From Antedon mediterranea (taxonomy: Eukaryota > Animalia > Echinodermata), in the NCBI RefSeq assembly GCF_964355755.1, contig NC_092675.1, forward strand, positions 23,656,912 through 23,720,911: 64,000 nucleotides of DNA. Direction: 5' to 3'. The notes under the pieces were generated by a model, which searched no databases, was not told where the DNA came from, and saw only the letters and a program-made list of their open reading frames with translations. Made by a program: the position numbers and the translations under genes. Shown here piece by piece: positions 39,400 through 54,300 of the stretch (its first letter is position 1; the number at the start of each line of letters is the position of its first letter).

Positions 39400-42300
39400 T
39401 CAAACAAGAGAGTAGTCTAAAGTATTTTCAATATTAGTATGTGAAGGTGCTGATAGATTATTAAGTTGTGTGTCAATTTGGTAGCCAGAAAAGCCCAAAT
39501 CGTTAGGGCCTAAGCAACGATAGTCGTCTGAATCAGATTCATCCGCTTGGTAATCAGATAATCGAATACTATCTATTGTCTCTTCTTCCCGCGCACACAA
39601 ATCTAAGTAACTATTAACATCCATTCTACTAGTAGCTTTTTCAGAGATAAAGTCCTCCTCGTCGTCCGCATGATAACTTTCTAGTTCATCTTGACCTGGT
39701 TGAACTGGCTCTGTATTTTCTTGCTTTTCGAGAACATAATATTCATGATATGGTTGAATATTAAATTCACTATCTTTCTGATATGTGTCTCTTTGATTCG
39801 CTTGTGATATAACATCAGGAATATGATAATAACCAACTTGGTTTACTATATCCATCCCGTAAGTTGGATTAGCGCCAATTCTCCTTGTGGAATGTCTTCT
39901 AAACTGATCAGGATCCATATACACGGGCGGATCATAACTCCGCGCATGCGCCGGTACAGTGTTACTATTAAAGTGAAGCGGAACTCTTTTAAAACTAGAA
40001 GTAGTGGAAATGTTTTGTAAAGACATATAAGCTGATGTGTCAACTTCAACTACACCAGTGCAAGCGACTTGTAGTTTGGTGTAGACGGACGGCACCGGAC
40101 CTTGTAGCTCTACATAACCTGCAGGGTCATATAAATACGGGTTCATGACCCCGTCTACAGACGATCCTGATGATACCTCAAGCTCCTTACGTCTTCTAAA
40201 ATATAAAACAAAAAATTAGCATTAACAATATGAATAAAAACAACTGTATATTAAAATCAGGGTGTCAATTTGAATAAAATCGAGTAAGATGAATGGAACA
40301 GACAATAAAGATTACTGAAGATTGGTCAGTGGTCCTGTAAAAATAACCCCGATAATAATTACATGTTAGAAATACAATATACTGTATTACCTATTCATGT
40401 ATGTCATCGTTACCATCAATCCTTTTGTAAAAATTAATTTACTGGCAAACAATTGAATAGCAGATGTTAAGAAATATTGAAGTTGTAAAATCAGTTTCGC
40501 TTCAATGGGGCATAACGCCTCAGTAAATAGGAAGTCTCAGAGCACTAGAATGAATTAATTCCAAATAATTATACAAAGCGTTTCTCTCTAAACAATTGTG
40601 CAAGCAGTTCGGGGGAAAAAGAAATTAAAAAGCAATTTATACACAGGGCTGGCACAGAGAGCGATGATAGCGAAGAGCTGTTCTCACTCTTCAACTTTCT
40701 CGAATGGCTAAGATATAGAAAACATGCAGCTTAAGAAAGTAACTGAAAGTAACAGCTTTGTTGATCCACATCAAAACACCAGTTTATGGCCTAAAAGTAA
40801 ATGCTTTGGTTATTGGGGACTAAAGCAAGATTTGGTGGCGCGAGTGGCGGTAACAATATTGATAATTTGGACCGGTAATTGCACTCTTTTGTACAGAGTA
40901 CAAATTTAGTAAATACTAACATATAGGCCTATGTCATTTTTGTCACAATATATATAACGGCGTCAATTTCAATACACATTTTAAACGTTATGCTAACGTA
41001 ATGGAGACGTTTACTAAAAATGCGGCAACAATTCGTTAAGCATCAAACGATGCAACATCATCGGCCCATGCGCAGTAAGCTGTTATTTCTAATATATAAA
41101 ATGCATTGAATTATTCGTGTACTTGCAATAATTGACAGTTGGTTGAGTATAATACCATGAATTGTATCGGGTGACAAACAATAATTAAGGAGTTTAACAT
41201 TTAGATTATTCACATAGTTCTTTACTAGTAAACAGACGTTCAGCCATATAATAAAGTAATGTTAATTTTGGTATAATGTTCATATCATACATTTCATTAC
41301 AAGATATTATGATGTAAACATTGATAGGCCTATGAATAATATTTAAAAAAAAATGTAATCCAAGAATAATAGCTACATATTAGTAATATTAATTATACAA
41401 CAATGAATTATCTATAACAATTAACATTAACACTTTACACAATGTTCAAATGGTGCCTTGAATACTGCTATAATTATCAATACATTTACATTAATGTACA
41501 TTTTCTCTTCATACGAACCTCGTATCTAGATGAATGTCAATACAGTAGTAAGTTAAGATCTACCTAGTGACAGCTTCAGAATCGTGTGTATACACGTATA
41601 TACGGACCAATCAGAAAGGCCTAAATAATTATAAAAGAATTTAAAGGCTAAACGCGTATTGTGCTAAACGTGTTGGTATAGGCAACATGTTAAAAAATCT
41701 AAACAGCTAAAAGTATTAAAAATGTATCAAGGAAGTGGGTACATATGCCTACGTTTAGAGTCTAAACACATGGACAAGCTTAACTGTGAGAAAAGTAGGC
41801 AAGCTCGATGATAATCTACGATGGTAACTAAATAATAACTGGAGTTGAATCATTCAATACTCTAAACAAACAAAAGTCAATAAATCATATTTTTTTTAAT
41901 TGATTGGCAACATTTATTCTCAAACAAAACTAATGTACCGACAAGACCATTGATGCCGAACAGTTGATGTTGATTGGAAAGTGTTGTGATAACTTAGGCG
42001 AGTATAGGCCTATTCTAAAAAGGGTGACACAAAAAAGACGATCATGGAAACTAATGCAATGTTAACTAATAATATTAATATTATTAATTATTAATAATAA
42101 CTATAATATAAAGCAAACAGCACACAACTATCTTACTTTTATTTTTAGTGACACTATTCTAAAAACACTTTGCTCTGTCTACATAATTTAAACGGTTACT
42201 ACACCGATCTACAGATTGTTGAAGTACTGAGTAGGCCTACTCTAAATAAATAACATCATAATTCTATCATTTGATATATCTTTACAAAAAGAAAAAGAAA

Positions 42301-45300
42301 ACCAAGATTTATAACTAGTTTTGGATAAAATACTGTTAAAAAATATACCTCACAGTAGTTCCAAACAAAATCAGTTGTCACTAGATATTCATGACTGACT
42401 ATTGCAGGTCATTGAGATACGGTCTACGTGTATTAAATATGTTTATGTTATCTATGTCTACAGGTTATATAATGCAATTATAAAACGTGTTCTCAGTAGT
42501 TTAATCATTCGTTGTCGTTTCCATTAATTATAATTATTTAATATAAACATGTATCTACCTATAGATACAAATGACTTTATCCTTCTGAATTATATATACA
42601 CATTGTACTCAGGTCAATGCGATACGGTGTTTACGGTCACGATGAACAATGGCAAACTGCAATATTTTGAATATTAATTAAAATACAATATAACAATAGA
42701 AATAAGCACAGTTAGTATAGAATAAAATAGCAAATGCTAAAAAAATTCTAATTTATCACGAACAAACTCACATTTATATTTAATATCAACAGGAATAATA
42801 TTGGTTAATCCATTATTCTTGTAGATACCTTGTATAAAATAAAATATCCACACAACTAACGAAAAGGTTTTAATTTCTTCTTGACCAAACCAAGGTTACT
42901 TTAATAAAAGTTCAATTTATTCATATGCTGGTTAATTAGCTTTACGATCGATTTTAATTGCAGCGATCAACCTCAACGAATAGTTGTATGTTTTGTTTGA
43001 ATGAGTGTAGATTAATAACGAGAATATGGTACTATTGTCAAATAAAATTTAAATAAAAAAAAATCGTATCGTATGTTGAAACATTTGTGTCTAATAGAAT
43101 GTTTTCTTTGTTTGATATAGTTAACATTTCCGTTTATTTTATTGAAAGTTGTTTTTCAGATTACTCACACAAAATGGACATAATATACAAGCTCTGGATT
43201 GGCACATTATATTATCGACTGGACCAACTGATTGTTTCATTGGACAAGACGACTGACCAACCTGACCAACCCCCTGGCCGGAAGATTACAACCACGTCGT
43301 TCATTAATTTTAGAAACTAATCGAACATCCAGTCACTCGACTACGAGACTACGCCACGTGACTACATGATTGTATTGGATTGGGGAACATCCAGTCACTC
43401 AACGCTGCGCCACGAGACTACGCCACGTGACCACATGATTGTATTGGATTGGGTATGTGTATAAACATTGATTTGTCGTCACTTCTTCAAAATTGAAATC
43501 TGGTCATGAATCAATATATCAACCGTCATCGCGTAGCTATTTTCTGTATAAACATCATTAAGTACGGATCAAGACTAGATGCTAATTATTAAGAATCCTG
43601 TAAGAATATGCCTACAAGGCGTTGACTAATTGAATGCGTTGAGCTGTGATTTCAGGCGGATTGGCGCACACTCTATATTCTACTTCTTGGAGGTTGTATT
43701 CATAGTAACTTATTTGTTCGATCTTAAAAATCTATACTTTTCAAGCATTAAATGACCTTAGTTTAAAACCGTAAAATAGTTAAATTAAATACTACCGGAG
43801 GATATATTGAATACGACATACGAGGCTATACGTACTGCAACACGTACAAATATAAAATAACTAACTCTATTTCATTTATCTTAAATAGATTGTTTTAAAT
43901 TGAAACCTATAATGTGACCCTTCGAGATAGAATATAAATTCAGACTGGAACATAGCCTACTTACGTAATTTTTATTAGACCGGGGGTCATTCTTATTTCT
44001 TTAATTATAATATATCAATTAAACAAGATAAATTCTCTGAGGATGTAGTGTAGAAAAATTATAATGCAATTTTATAGGCCTACTATTTGACAAATAGTTG
44101 CTGTGGAAGCACCGTATTCATTCATACAACTACGGTTTATTTGAAGAATTTGATTCACTTTTGTCGTATAGTCTGAACTGTCCTTTCGAAATTAACCCAC
44201 CGCAGTTGTGTTATATGTAATACAATATTACAAAAAGCCCCAGGATATAAACAAAAGACAAAGTTGTACTTTATGTATCAAGTCAAAGTAATACAAGACT
44301 ATACACGGCGCTTTAAATATGAACACATTATTACAAAAATTAGACATGCATATAACTAAACATTACCATTACCGTTAGAAAATAGTCGATAAAATTGTAT
44401 ATGAAATTCGATCGTTTGATTGTCTGTCAGATACAATTTATCATATCTAACCATGCCATTCAAATTTGACTCATGTATATAGGAAAGATATCATCAATTT
44501 TAGAAGCTGAATTATGTTTTACAAACTAGTAATTGATCAGGAGCGATGCATCTGAAATTTGTACATACTATTGGTAATCAATCTAAACACAAATAGAATA
44601 AGCACTTCCCCTATTATCAGTTATGTATAGGAACATGGACACATTGATTTAAAGCGTGGTTCCCACTAGCGACGCAACACAAGGACGTAACGCAACGCAA
44701 GTGAATTGACCAATCACAATCGATGGTTTATTCGCTTGTGATTGCTAACTGTCTATAACTTCGCTTGTCATTGGTTAAAACGCTTGCGTTGCGTTTACGT
44801 CCTTGCGTTACGTTCTAGTGGGAACCAAGCTTACGGAGTAAGTTAGTATATTTAAACACTTTCAAAATGATGATTATTTTACTTTCTTGTTCTTTTTAAA
44901 AATTTAAATTAATTAAATTCTAGTTCAAATTTAGTCCACTATCCATGTATACATGTCAGAATACTGATGCTGATGTATGTTACATTTTTATATATTTGCA
45001 GAATATATCACGTGTATACTGATTATAATTCGCTTAAAATGTTGACCATACATGTCGGTACATTAACAATGGTCCATACCTGCCAAATTGAAAATTGAAA
45101 CTATATACACGACTGCCTACGGAATTATATAAAGTGATTGATCAGCATATATATTAGAAGTAACTTTGCTAAAATTACAAAGCTATTATACATACGAACG
45201 AATACATTTGTATTATTTTACCACGGCAAATATGATATTGTTTATTTTAAGTAATGTTTTGACGTCAGTTTTTTTACATCTCAGTTTATACTTCAATATA

Positions 45301-48300
45301 CAGATAGCATACACCCACACGATCACACTAAGAAAAGTTCAGTGACACCGCGTTCTTGACATGTTATTATAAACATAATTTCTTTTTTCCTGGTTGCAAC
45401 TAGATATTGCATGAATTATTTTCTAAGCTTAGGAAAGTTAATAACCATCCCACTTTGTAATTACCCGTCCACAGTTGACACATATCTAAATACACATGTA
45501 CACACATGTGTATCTCTTTGAGTTATAGTGGATATATAATTGCTGCAAGACTGCATGCATTTTATGAAACCGTTTTAATATATTCATTATCAGGTAATAT
45601 AGATGAATTACTCCAATAACCATTCAATACAGTATATACTGTAGACCTAATATAACTTACGATTTTCATTGCTGTGGCATCAACTACTGGCTCTTTCTTT
45701 AGTAGTTTATGGCTATAAGTTTTCAATATTTACCACCAAGATTAAAGGTAGAAAAGAAATATTAATTTCCGACAATGATCATTTGGATCTATTAATCTTA
45801 ATGTTCTATTTATATTTAAAATAACATGCATTTGTTGTCCTTTATAAGGATATAACTAAATACTGAACATGCAAGTAATTACTTCAAAATAGTGCTTTAA
45901 ATTTTAATACAAATTTTAATATTTTATTTTGTATTGTTTGTGCCGTTTGTTGGGAGTATAATGTTTCGTGTTCAATACGGAAAATTTTATGTTACTTCTT
46001 CAATAGTAAGTAATAAGTTAATTAAGTTAATTGACGTACTATATTAAAATGCAAATACATTTTTACACTTATTTATTTTTGTTATACATAAAGTGGCCAT
46101 TAACATATATTATATAATTCGAATCTTTACAAGAAAAGTTATTTTTCTTACATATAGGCTATTAGAAATATTATATAAATGCTACTCAGTTGTTAATCTT
46201 CTTTTAGCCATTCCTCATTTGATAATTGCTTTTTAGTATATAGAATGACTTTATTTTCGTAGGAGTTGATACTGAATGAAAATCAATATATTTCTTACAA
46301 TAATACAGTGCACTTATGCCTTTTATTACACATTCCTAAACCCTGTATTACTGTATATACTTATGGTCGGCTTATGGAATAACTTCATCGAACTCGGAAA
46401 TATTATATAAGTATAAGAGACCAATATTGTAAAAGTTACTTAGGGAAGATTAAGACACTAAATAAATCTTTCAAACGACAGTTAACTCAAAATATCTAGA
46501 TTGAGCTTTCAACATATACTAAGGAGAGAGTGCATTTCTCAAACTCACTCTAGAAAGATTGAAACTTAAAACTCAACAGAAAATGTGATTTAGATTAATA
46601 AAAAAAGACTTAGAATAGGCCAATCCGCAGTTGTAATAAAGTTAATCTCTTCTGTTGCAGAAAACAACTTTAAAAAATAATGTTTCACTTAAGGAAAGAC
46701 AAAATAAACTTTTAATTCAACTAAAACCCCATTGACTTCCAGCCAATTTGACTATTTTTTGCTTTAAATTACAGTTTTTTTTTTGGTAAATCATTATTTT
46801 TTCGATCCGATTTTGGTCAAAGTGAATAGCTATTATGTGACATTAAAATGCAATATTCAACAAAAACATTTAAATAAATATATATATTTTTTTTAAGGAA
46901 CAATGTTTTCAGTAAAAGTCACCATTGCACAGAATGAATTTCTAAAATTGAGATTTTAAAGTTACTTGGGGAATATTACCATGGCAGGAGTTTTTCAAAC
47001 TTGCCAATAATTGGTAGGTTTTTAAAATCTTCAAGGAAATTGTGTTCTACAAAACCTCTAAAGGAAATTGCGAGTTTTATTAAACTTGCCAAGGGAATTG
47101 CGAGTTTTCTCAAACTTATCAAGGAAATTGCGAGTTTTTTCAAGGAAAATGAATAATGTTTCTCAAACTTGCCAAGGAAATTATGAGTTTCATCCAAACT
47201 CACAAGATAACTGTTGCGTAGTTTTCTCGAACTCATTAAGAGAAGAGCAAATTCCTCAAACTTCCCATAGAGAAAAGTGAGTTTTTCTTAAATTTAAACA
47301 GGAAAGTGTGGGATTCTCAAACATGCTAAGAAAACGTGCAAAATTTACTTAGGACAGATTGCATTCTTAATTCAATTGCGCGAAGATTGAATTTCAAAAA
47401 CTCGGGGACGGCAGCAAGGGAAGAGACCGAGTTCCTCAAACTCATGCAGATACGATTGGATGGAGTGTAGATTGTTGTTTTTATAGTGTTGCTAGCCATT
47501 CGAGTTTCGACTAGCTTCACTAAGTCTGTTTACTGTTATTGTATTATTCTTTATTTTCAAACATATCATGCAACTCACATTATTCAATAAAAGAAATATC
47601 ATTTTTCTTAAATCACTTACCGTTTACGTATAAAACAAATGAATCCCAAAATTACTAGTAGAAGTGCTATTGAAAACACTGGTGCAGTCAGGCCTACAAA
47701 TAGTATTAATGTCTTTTCTGTAAATAGAACAAAATAAGAATAAAAGAAGGCATTTACACTTAGTTGTTTTCTGTGTAAATAAGAAAAGAAGCAAGTGTTT
47801 ACATTATAAACAATTAAGAGTGTTATAAATCATAGTTAATAGTTGAAAAAAGTGTTTACAACGAAAACGTAGTAACGAAAAGTGTTTTTAAATGATAAAA
47901 TAATATTTATCATTAATCAAAAACGTAAATGAATATACATCTAAATTTATAATTAGAATTAAGTATATTGTCGCAACTTCGCATTATACTTTATTAACAA
48001 AACATTTAACAATAATAATGCCAACTTGACGGTAGCAATGAAATTGTAAGATATATGTGTAATTTGTGAAGATCCGATTACGATATTCAGTAGTGACTAG
48101 TAGTAACTATTAATAGAGACATTAGCAGTTGTTACTATAGTGTAGTATGTACAAAGTGTATTTAGAAATAAGAAATGTTCATGTAATAGCAAATAAGACT
48201 TAAGATTACGTCGGAGACACCGAATTTAATAAAGAAAACAATTTATAGAGATCATTACTATGTATCATGGATGTAAGGATTCAATGTTTTGAGTCTCATC

Positions 48301-51300
48301 TTACGACAGATAGGTATGTTGACCTACGTCCCAGCTAGCATACCCATAACCCGAAGGGATGATAACGAGAAGGAAACTATTTTTCCATCCGCTTTCTCTT
48401 TCATAACCGGCGGCTGTTTCTTATGCTTCTATAGCAGTAAAACGATTTATGGTCAATTACATTGCATAGAGTACACAAATAATTTTAGAATCTAGATTGT
48501 AAATACTTTGAATCTGTTGTGAGATTATTGAATTAAATTGAAATCTTCGCGATATATAAAACAATCTTAAAAACTACTGCATGTGATGTTGGATTTCATA
48601 ATGATATTAATTGAGGTTTCAAATAAGGTAGGGTAAAAAAATAAAACAAATACAAAGCGGGTATACTGTTTAACACACTTGAATTTGGATCTTGGTTGCT
48701 GCCGTCTATCTCCTGCATCACAGACCGACCGACGGAAGGAGAAGTGGATATTGTTGAACCATGTAGCGCCCTCATTTCACCATTTGTTGTACTTGTAGAG
48801 TCATATATTACTTCAGACCCAGCTACTGACGTCGATGGCGACCTCATTGCCATCGTTGTCATGGCTACTGATGTTGATACGTAAGGCACGCTTTCTGTCA
48901 ATACAATAGAAAGGAAATGGTATTTGCAATTATGTATATAATGTATAATTTCCTTATCTAAAATGTATTAATAGTGCATATTCAATACTAATATTATTTA
49001 ACTACTTTCTAATATTAGAAATATAAATATATGACGTAATTGATAATACTTAGGTTAACAGTTAGTATCTGTCTGTAGAGATTTTAAATAGTTAATAATT
49101 AACAAAACCAAATGTGATCATTAATTGATCATTTAATGTCATATCACTTCTTCAATTATAAACACCATCGGTATACAATATTTCATCTTTATAATATCTT
49201 AAGAGAAGATACCCCAGTTAAACACCAGTTAAAAGTTGAGAACAACTGGGTTAACTGTGATTTGGTTATTGCAACTGCTTTGCCAGAACGGTAACTGGTT
49301 TTCTCTTACTTGATTTCCATCAAAAGTGGTTTTTAGATATGTATTGAAATTTTTGTTAAAATAGAACTGAACCCGCGCGCTATATGGTATGGTACTTTAC
49401 TACGTATACACTCAGCGCATAACAGAACTAATTATGTTAATTTACTACATTGGTACTCATACGCGATCTTTAAAGGGGAATAAGCATGTGTCTATATGCC
49501 AACAATATCCTAATGGATCAACGTGCACGCGAATGTCTCCACACTCGTTTTGACAAGTATGTTATTTGACGCCATTGAGTTGTTTGTTGGTACTTTCAAC
49601 CTAATAATAAATAACGCTGACGTTAGGTGTAAATGAGAGTGTGTGTATACTTTAAATCCAATCTTGCGGCAAGCATGTCATGAACCAGAATAAATATATC
49701 TTGCACATCACGTAGTAATCCTTCACGAGTCGTCTATATATTCATTAGAACTGCTATGCATGCGTCAGCCGTCAACGAACACGCAACCATGCAGTAGAAA
49801 AGGCACAGAGTAGAGAGAACATGAATCAGAGAGAACAAACAAATCAAATAAATGAATATTGCTATATATTATGATAAAAGAAAAACAACAGAGATCCGCA
49901 GACATGAACACAATATTTGCATTTCTGAACCACTGGTCAACTTTTTTTTCGCGACGTGTTTATGAGTGTAATGGTACAAAATAATGGCAAGAGGTGAATG
50001 ATGAAAGGTTATATTTCAACGAGGCGAAGCCGAATGCCATTATTTGTACTATTACAAGAATATAAAGCATCCATTATTTGTTTTATATAACATCTAAATA
50101 GATTCCTGTCATTTGAAACAGATTGAATAAAATGTATGCCTAGGCCTACATTTAATCCAAATTGAACAGTAAATATATTTGTTTTTGTATGGTTTTTTTT
50201 ATACATTAAATATTATATTTTTTGGGATTTATAAACACACCTACTGTAGTGTTAATTTGTCAACAAACGACCAAACAATCCTAGGCTTAGCCTGATACCG
50301 ATAGGCCTAGCCAGGCTAGAAAGGCAGGGATTCGATTACAAAATTTGGACAGGCAACTGTAACTTATCTAGGCTAATTCTGTTTTTCCAACGATTTCACG
50401 TCATTAATTAATCAAATCATAAAAACGATCTAAAGCTAATTTATATGTTTTTTTCCGTTTTATCTAAATTAGTACATAAACTCTCAAAGAATGTACTTTC
50501 GTCGCGATAGGCCTACACTCGTGTATCAGAAATCATCGCAGCGACAATTTTAAAAAAGGGCGGCGCTGTTGGATTTATAAAGTAGGCCTAATGGTCTAAA
50601 AAAAGATTTTTAAAACGCAATTTTGTTTTTCGTAAACGAAAAAAGAGGGACAAAATTCTATTAAATGACCATTCAATAGTGCGTACTATTGCACGCTATG
50701 TGACCCACAATGCGTACAATAAAATGAAAGGAATTTATTTAGGTGTTATATAATAAGTAATATTAGGTTGTTCTTTGTAGAACCATATCATATACATCCA
50801 TAATCATCAGGAGAGAAACGTTCGCGATCGTTTGAAATAAACTACACTACTAATTATCATTATCTTAACGCTCTGCGTAAAGTATGAAACCGTTATGTTA
50901 TTAATCAATATACCAGAAGGGGAATGAACTTGGCCTTAAACTTTCGATTGAACCCAGCTTGTTTGTAAAATGATTCCCCTTAACGATGACAATGCAAACA
51001 TAACAGATGAGCTGTGTCTCTACACCGGGGGCGAACATCAATGGCAATGCAATAGAAACATCTTAAAATAATGAGATTTAATATAGCTACTGTGTTACAT
51101 TACTGTAAACGTTATCCTTTAATTAATAATAGCCTTACGAATATTAACCTACCATCAATTGAAAGGTCAAGCAAAATAATATCATCGATTGCAATGTCAC
51201 TGTCACGTGTCCCACGAACGCCTTCAAATAAAACCTAAATGCAAAAATACAATAACAAGTCATGTTATAGTTTGTTATTATAAACATAATCAATGCTATA

Positions 51301-54300
51301 ACATACTGCCCATTCGCAATGAACAGAATTAACCCAACGTGACATTGGTTTGTACATTATCGTAGAGTTATTAGAGAACGTGAGTTTCGGTTCGACCCTT
51401 TCGAAGAAACCCTACATGTGTTTGAATCCATCAAGGAAAGTGTATTATAACAACCACTTGAAATAAATGAAATCGATAATCAGCATTTATCACCATACAC
51501 TAATACATAATATGCAGAAAACTAACATAAGATGTAAGTATAATATGTATTATTTTAACTTAATTAACACCAGAATTGAATAAGCCATTTTGTTACAGTA
51601 AAAGATGTTCCAAAATTTACATGATTCTGCCGCAAATAAAAAATTATATTCTATACATCTTTAAACGCACGAATAACGAAATATCTGCTGGTATATTCTT
51701 AATATGGCGTATATTCATAACGCATGCATAAAATCCTTGATAAATGCAGAAATAATGCTTTTCGTATCGTATATCAACGAACATTAACATAAAAAAGCTG
51801 ACCTCAGTCAGAGTAGTGACAATAATATACGAACGTAGCATAAGCTATCTTGAGTGGTATAATTGATTCATATTAAAGGATAATTTTATCGTGACGTCTT
51901 GGGAAATAGTAACAAATTGTCACACCTTGCTTAATCTCAATTTTCTTCTGTACCTCACAAATCATTTTGCGTAGGCCAAATCATTTCTATGAAAATCCAA
52001 CATTCTCGAATTTAAAGAGTTTTGTTTAATAATAAGAAGGAAACTGCATAATGTTGGTTTATATTACGAAATGTCTTAATGCTATTTTTCAATCATCAAT
52101 CCAAATGTGCATATTGCTTTATTACACGTTCAGACCCAACGTAATTGTACATAATGTATTGTACGGTACCAGCATATTACTGCATTTGCTATCTTCACAC
52201 TTTGTATATCCTCCATGGTATATCCTCCATTAAGGGGATACTTATTTCGGTCTTGAAGATTTCCCCATATAATATGGGTTCTACTCTAAGGTGTACCACA
52301 AATTCATATACATATTAGTTACTTCATATTAGTTACTTCATATAAGCTTATTATCTAGACCTAGGCCTATAATAGTTATATTTAAAATTGTCAAAATATT
52401 GTATATAATCGCTATTATATACATTAGGACCCAACAAAGTGTCCTTAAATATTCGAGTGTCCCTTAAATAGAAGTTGCCCGTAGTGTTTAAACAGTTTTA
52501 TATATTGGAAATCTAAATTGAATTGCTATTCTTATTTTGGAGACATTATCATAGTTAGATTAATTGATCCTTTCTTTTAAAAATAAAGCATGCCTGCTCT
52601 TATAAAGGTTGTTCTTATATAGGTTGTTCTTATATGTACTTCTGAACTGAATAAGCATTGTCGGTATATTTATGTTAATAAACGCGAGGGTAATTACGGA
52701 TCCGTAATTGGAAATTTGCAAAACGATAATGAGGTTTATGCCAATTTCTTATTGTTCCGTATGTCGTTTCGGTTATACGTACATTTAGTAACACTACGTG
52801 ATGTTACTGAATTCAAGATTCACATTATTTCACAGTGCGATACTAATGAGTAGGGTGAATAGCAGCGGGTCTTTAGCCAAGCCTGAAGTGATGGTTGGGT
52901 GTGAACACGCGAATTCGCTGTTGATGTCCTAATCATTCGCAACTTGAAGTCAATTAAATGACTATTATGACAACACTATTCCATCTTTTACATATTTTTG
53001 TTTAGGTCTAATGCATTTTCAGTACAGTACAGTTTGAATTACCTACATTAACCAGTAAAATTGCCACACACACTGTGTAACCATTATAAACACAAAACAA
53101 ATCGAATCCCATGATAATATGGGATTCGATGGCAAGTCAACTTACTAGAGGTGTAAGGAAAGAGTTCCAATGTGGTAAATTCCATGAGTTTAAAGAATTA
53201 GAATGGAATAATAGTTATATAAAATCAGTTGCATGCATTAATTGTATTTTTCTCACAATTAAATAAACCGTTGATGGTTAAAAATGAGCTGTGAGCGCGC
53301 GCCTCAAACTTGTGTGCAGTGCCGAATTGTTAATTTCTTCACCCAAACATTATACAATCGCCAAGAGTAACAGGACACTTGGCTAATTGAGGATCTTCTT
53401 CTAGGCCTACTACTGTAATACCATTGACATAATTATATGCCAGAGAGAGTTTAGCTACCTCCGTGTTGACAAATTGACATGCTGCAGTAATTGGTTATCA
53501 TTATGTTATATTGTATAATTCATAAAATCGGCGCCATGGCTTCGCACAATGTTTTACACGAGAAGAGGAGAAACACTTTCAAAATAATTACATTTTCAGC
53601 AACGATAGTTGTTGAATTTACGTTTTACTGAGTTGGGTACATGATAAATAGGTAATAGAGATACATACTTGGAACTGACCGGAACATCCGAATACTATTT
53701 CCGCCATAAGCCATCGGCTACCTTGTGAATTTGACTTTATCCATGTTGGTTCGCCAAGAGTATAACCATTTTGTTGACAAACATACACCTTAACAATATT
53801 TTTAAAAAGAAAGAAATAATAGAAGCTATTTCGACGTATAGTATACTATTTCACACGCCTTTTGCTAGATTCTTAAACTGTACCTTTCTCACTTGTTTGT
53901 GTACTGTACAAGTTGAGTAAAATATACAAAAACTTGTCCTGGAAACAATAGTTACAGTAATTCTGAAGTTCTTTGGTTGTTGGTTTTGTTTTTGGAATTT
54001 TTAGCATGATCTATGAAAAATTAATTTCTATATTTATAAAATATATTTCTCTCTTTGAACGTATACCGTCTATATTTGTCTAATCAGAGGTAGACTTGCC
54101 CCAAGTCTGTATTGTCTTTTTTTTATTTATTTGTTTTTATTTCGACCGCGATTTTTGTCTAATATTTTGTCTAGTATACGTATGAAACGCCATATGTGCC
54201 AAAATATTTATCTTTTTACTAATATTAAGACAAAACTCCGTCTGGAACCCAGACTAAATTAGAGGATATGTTTATTATGTATAGGATGATGTATTTATTC

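Noticed and set aside
45661-45712. Possible 52-nt exon (HKLLKKEPVVDATAMKI) between the TM and tail exons of receptor D
   Set aside because: It has AG/GT ends but would shift the frame of the 39400-40195 exon; direct TM-to-tail splicing is in frame.
46976-47520. ORFs at 46976-47236, 47068-47280 and 47326-47520
   Set aside because: They arise from a degenerate 30-bp minisatellite.
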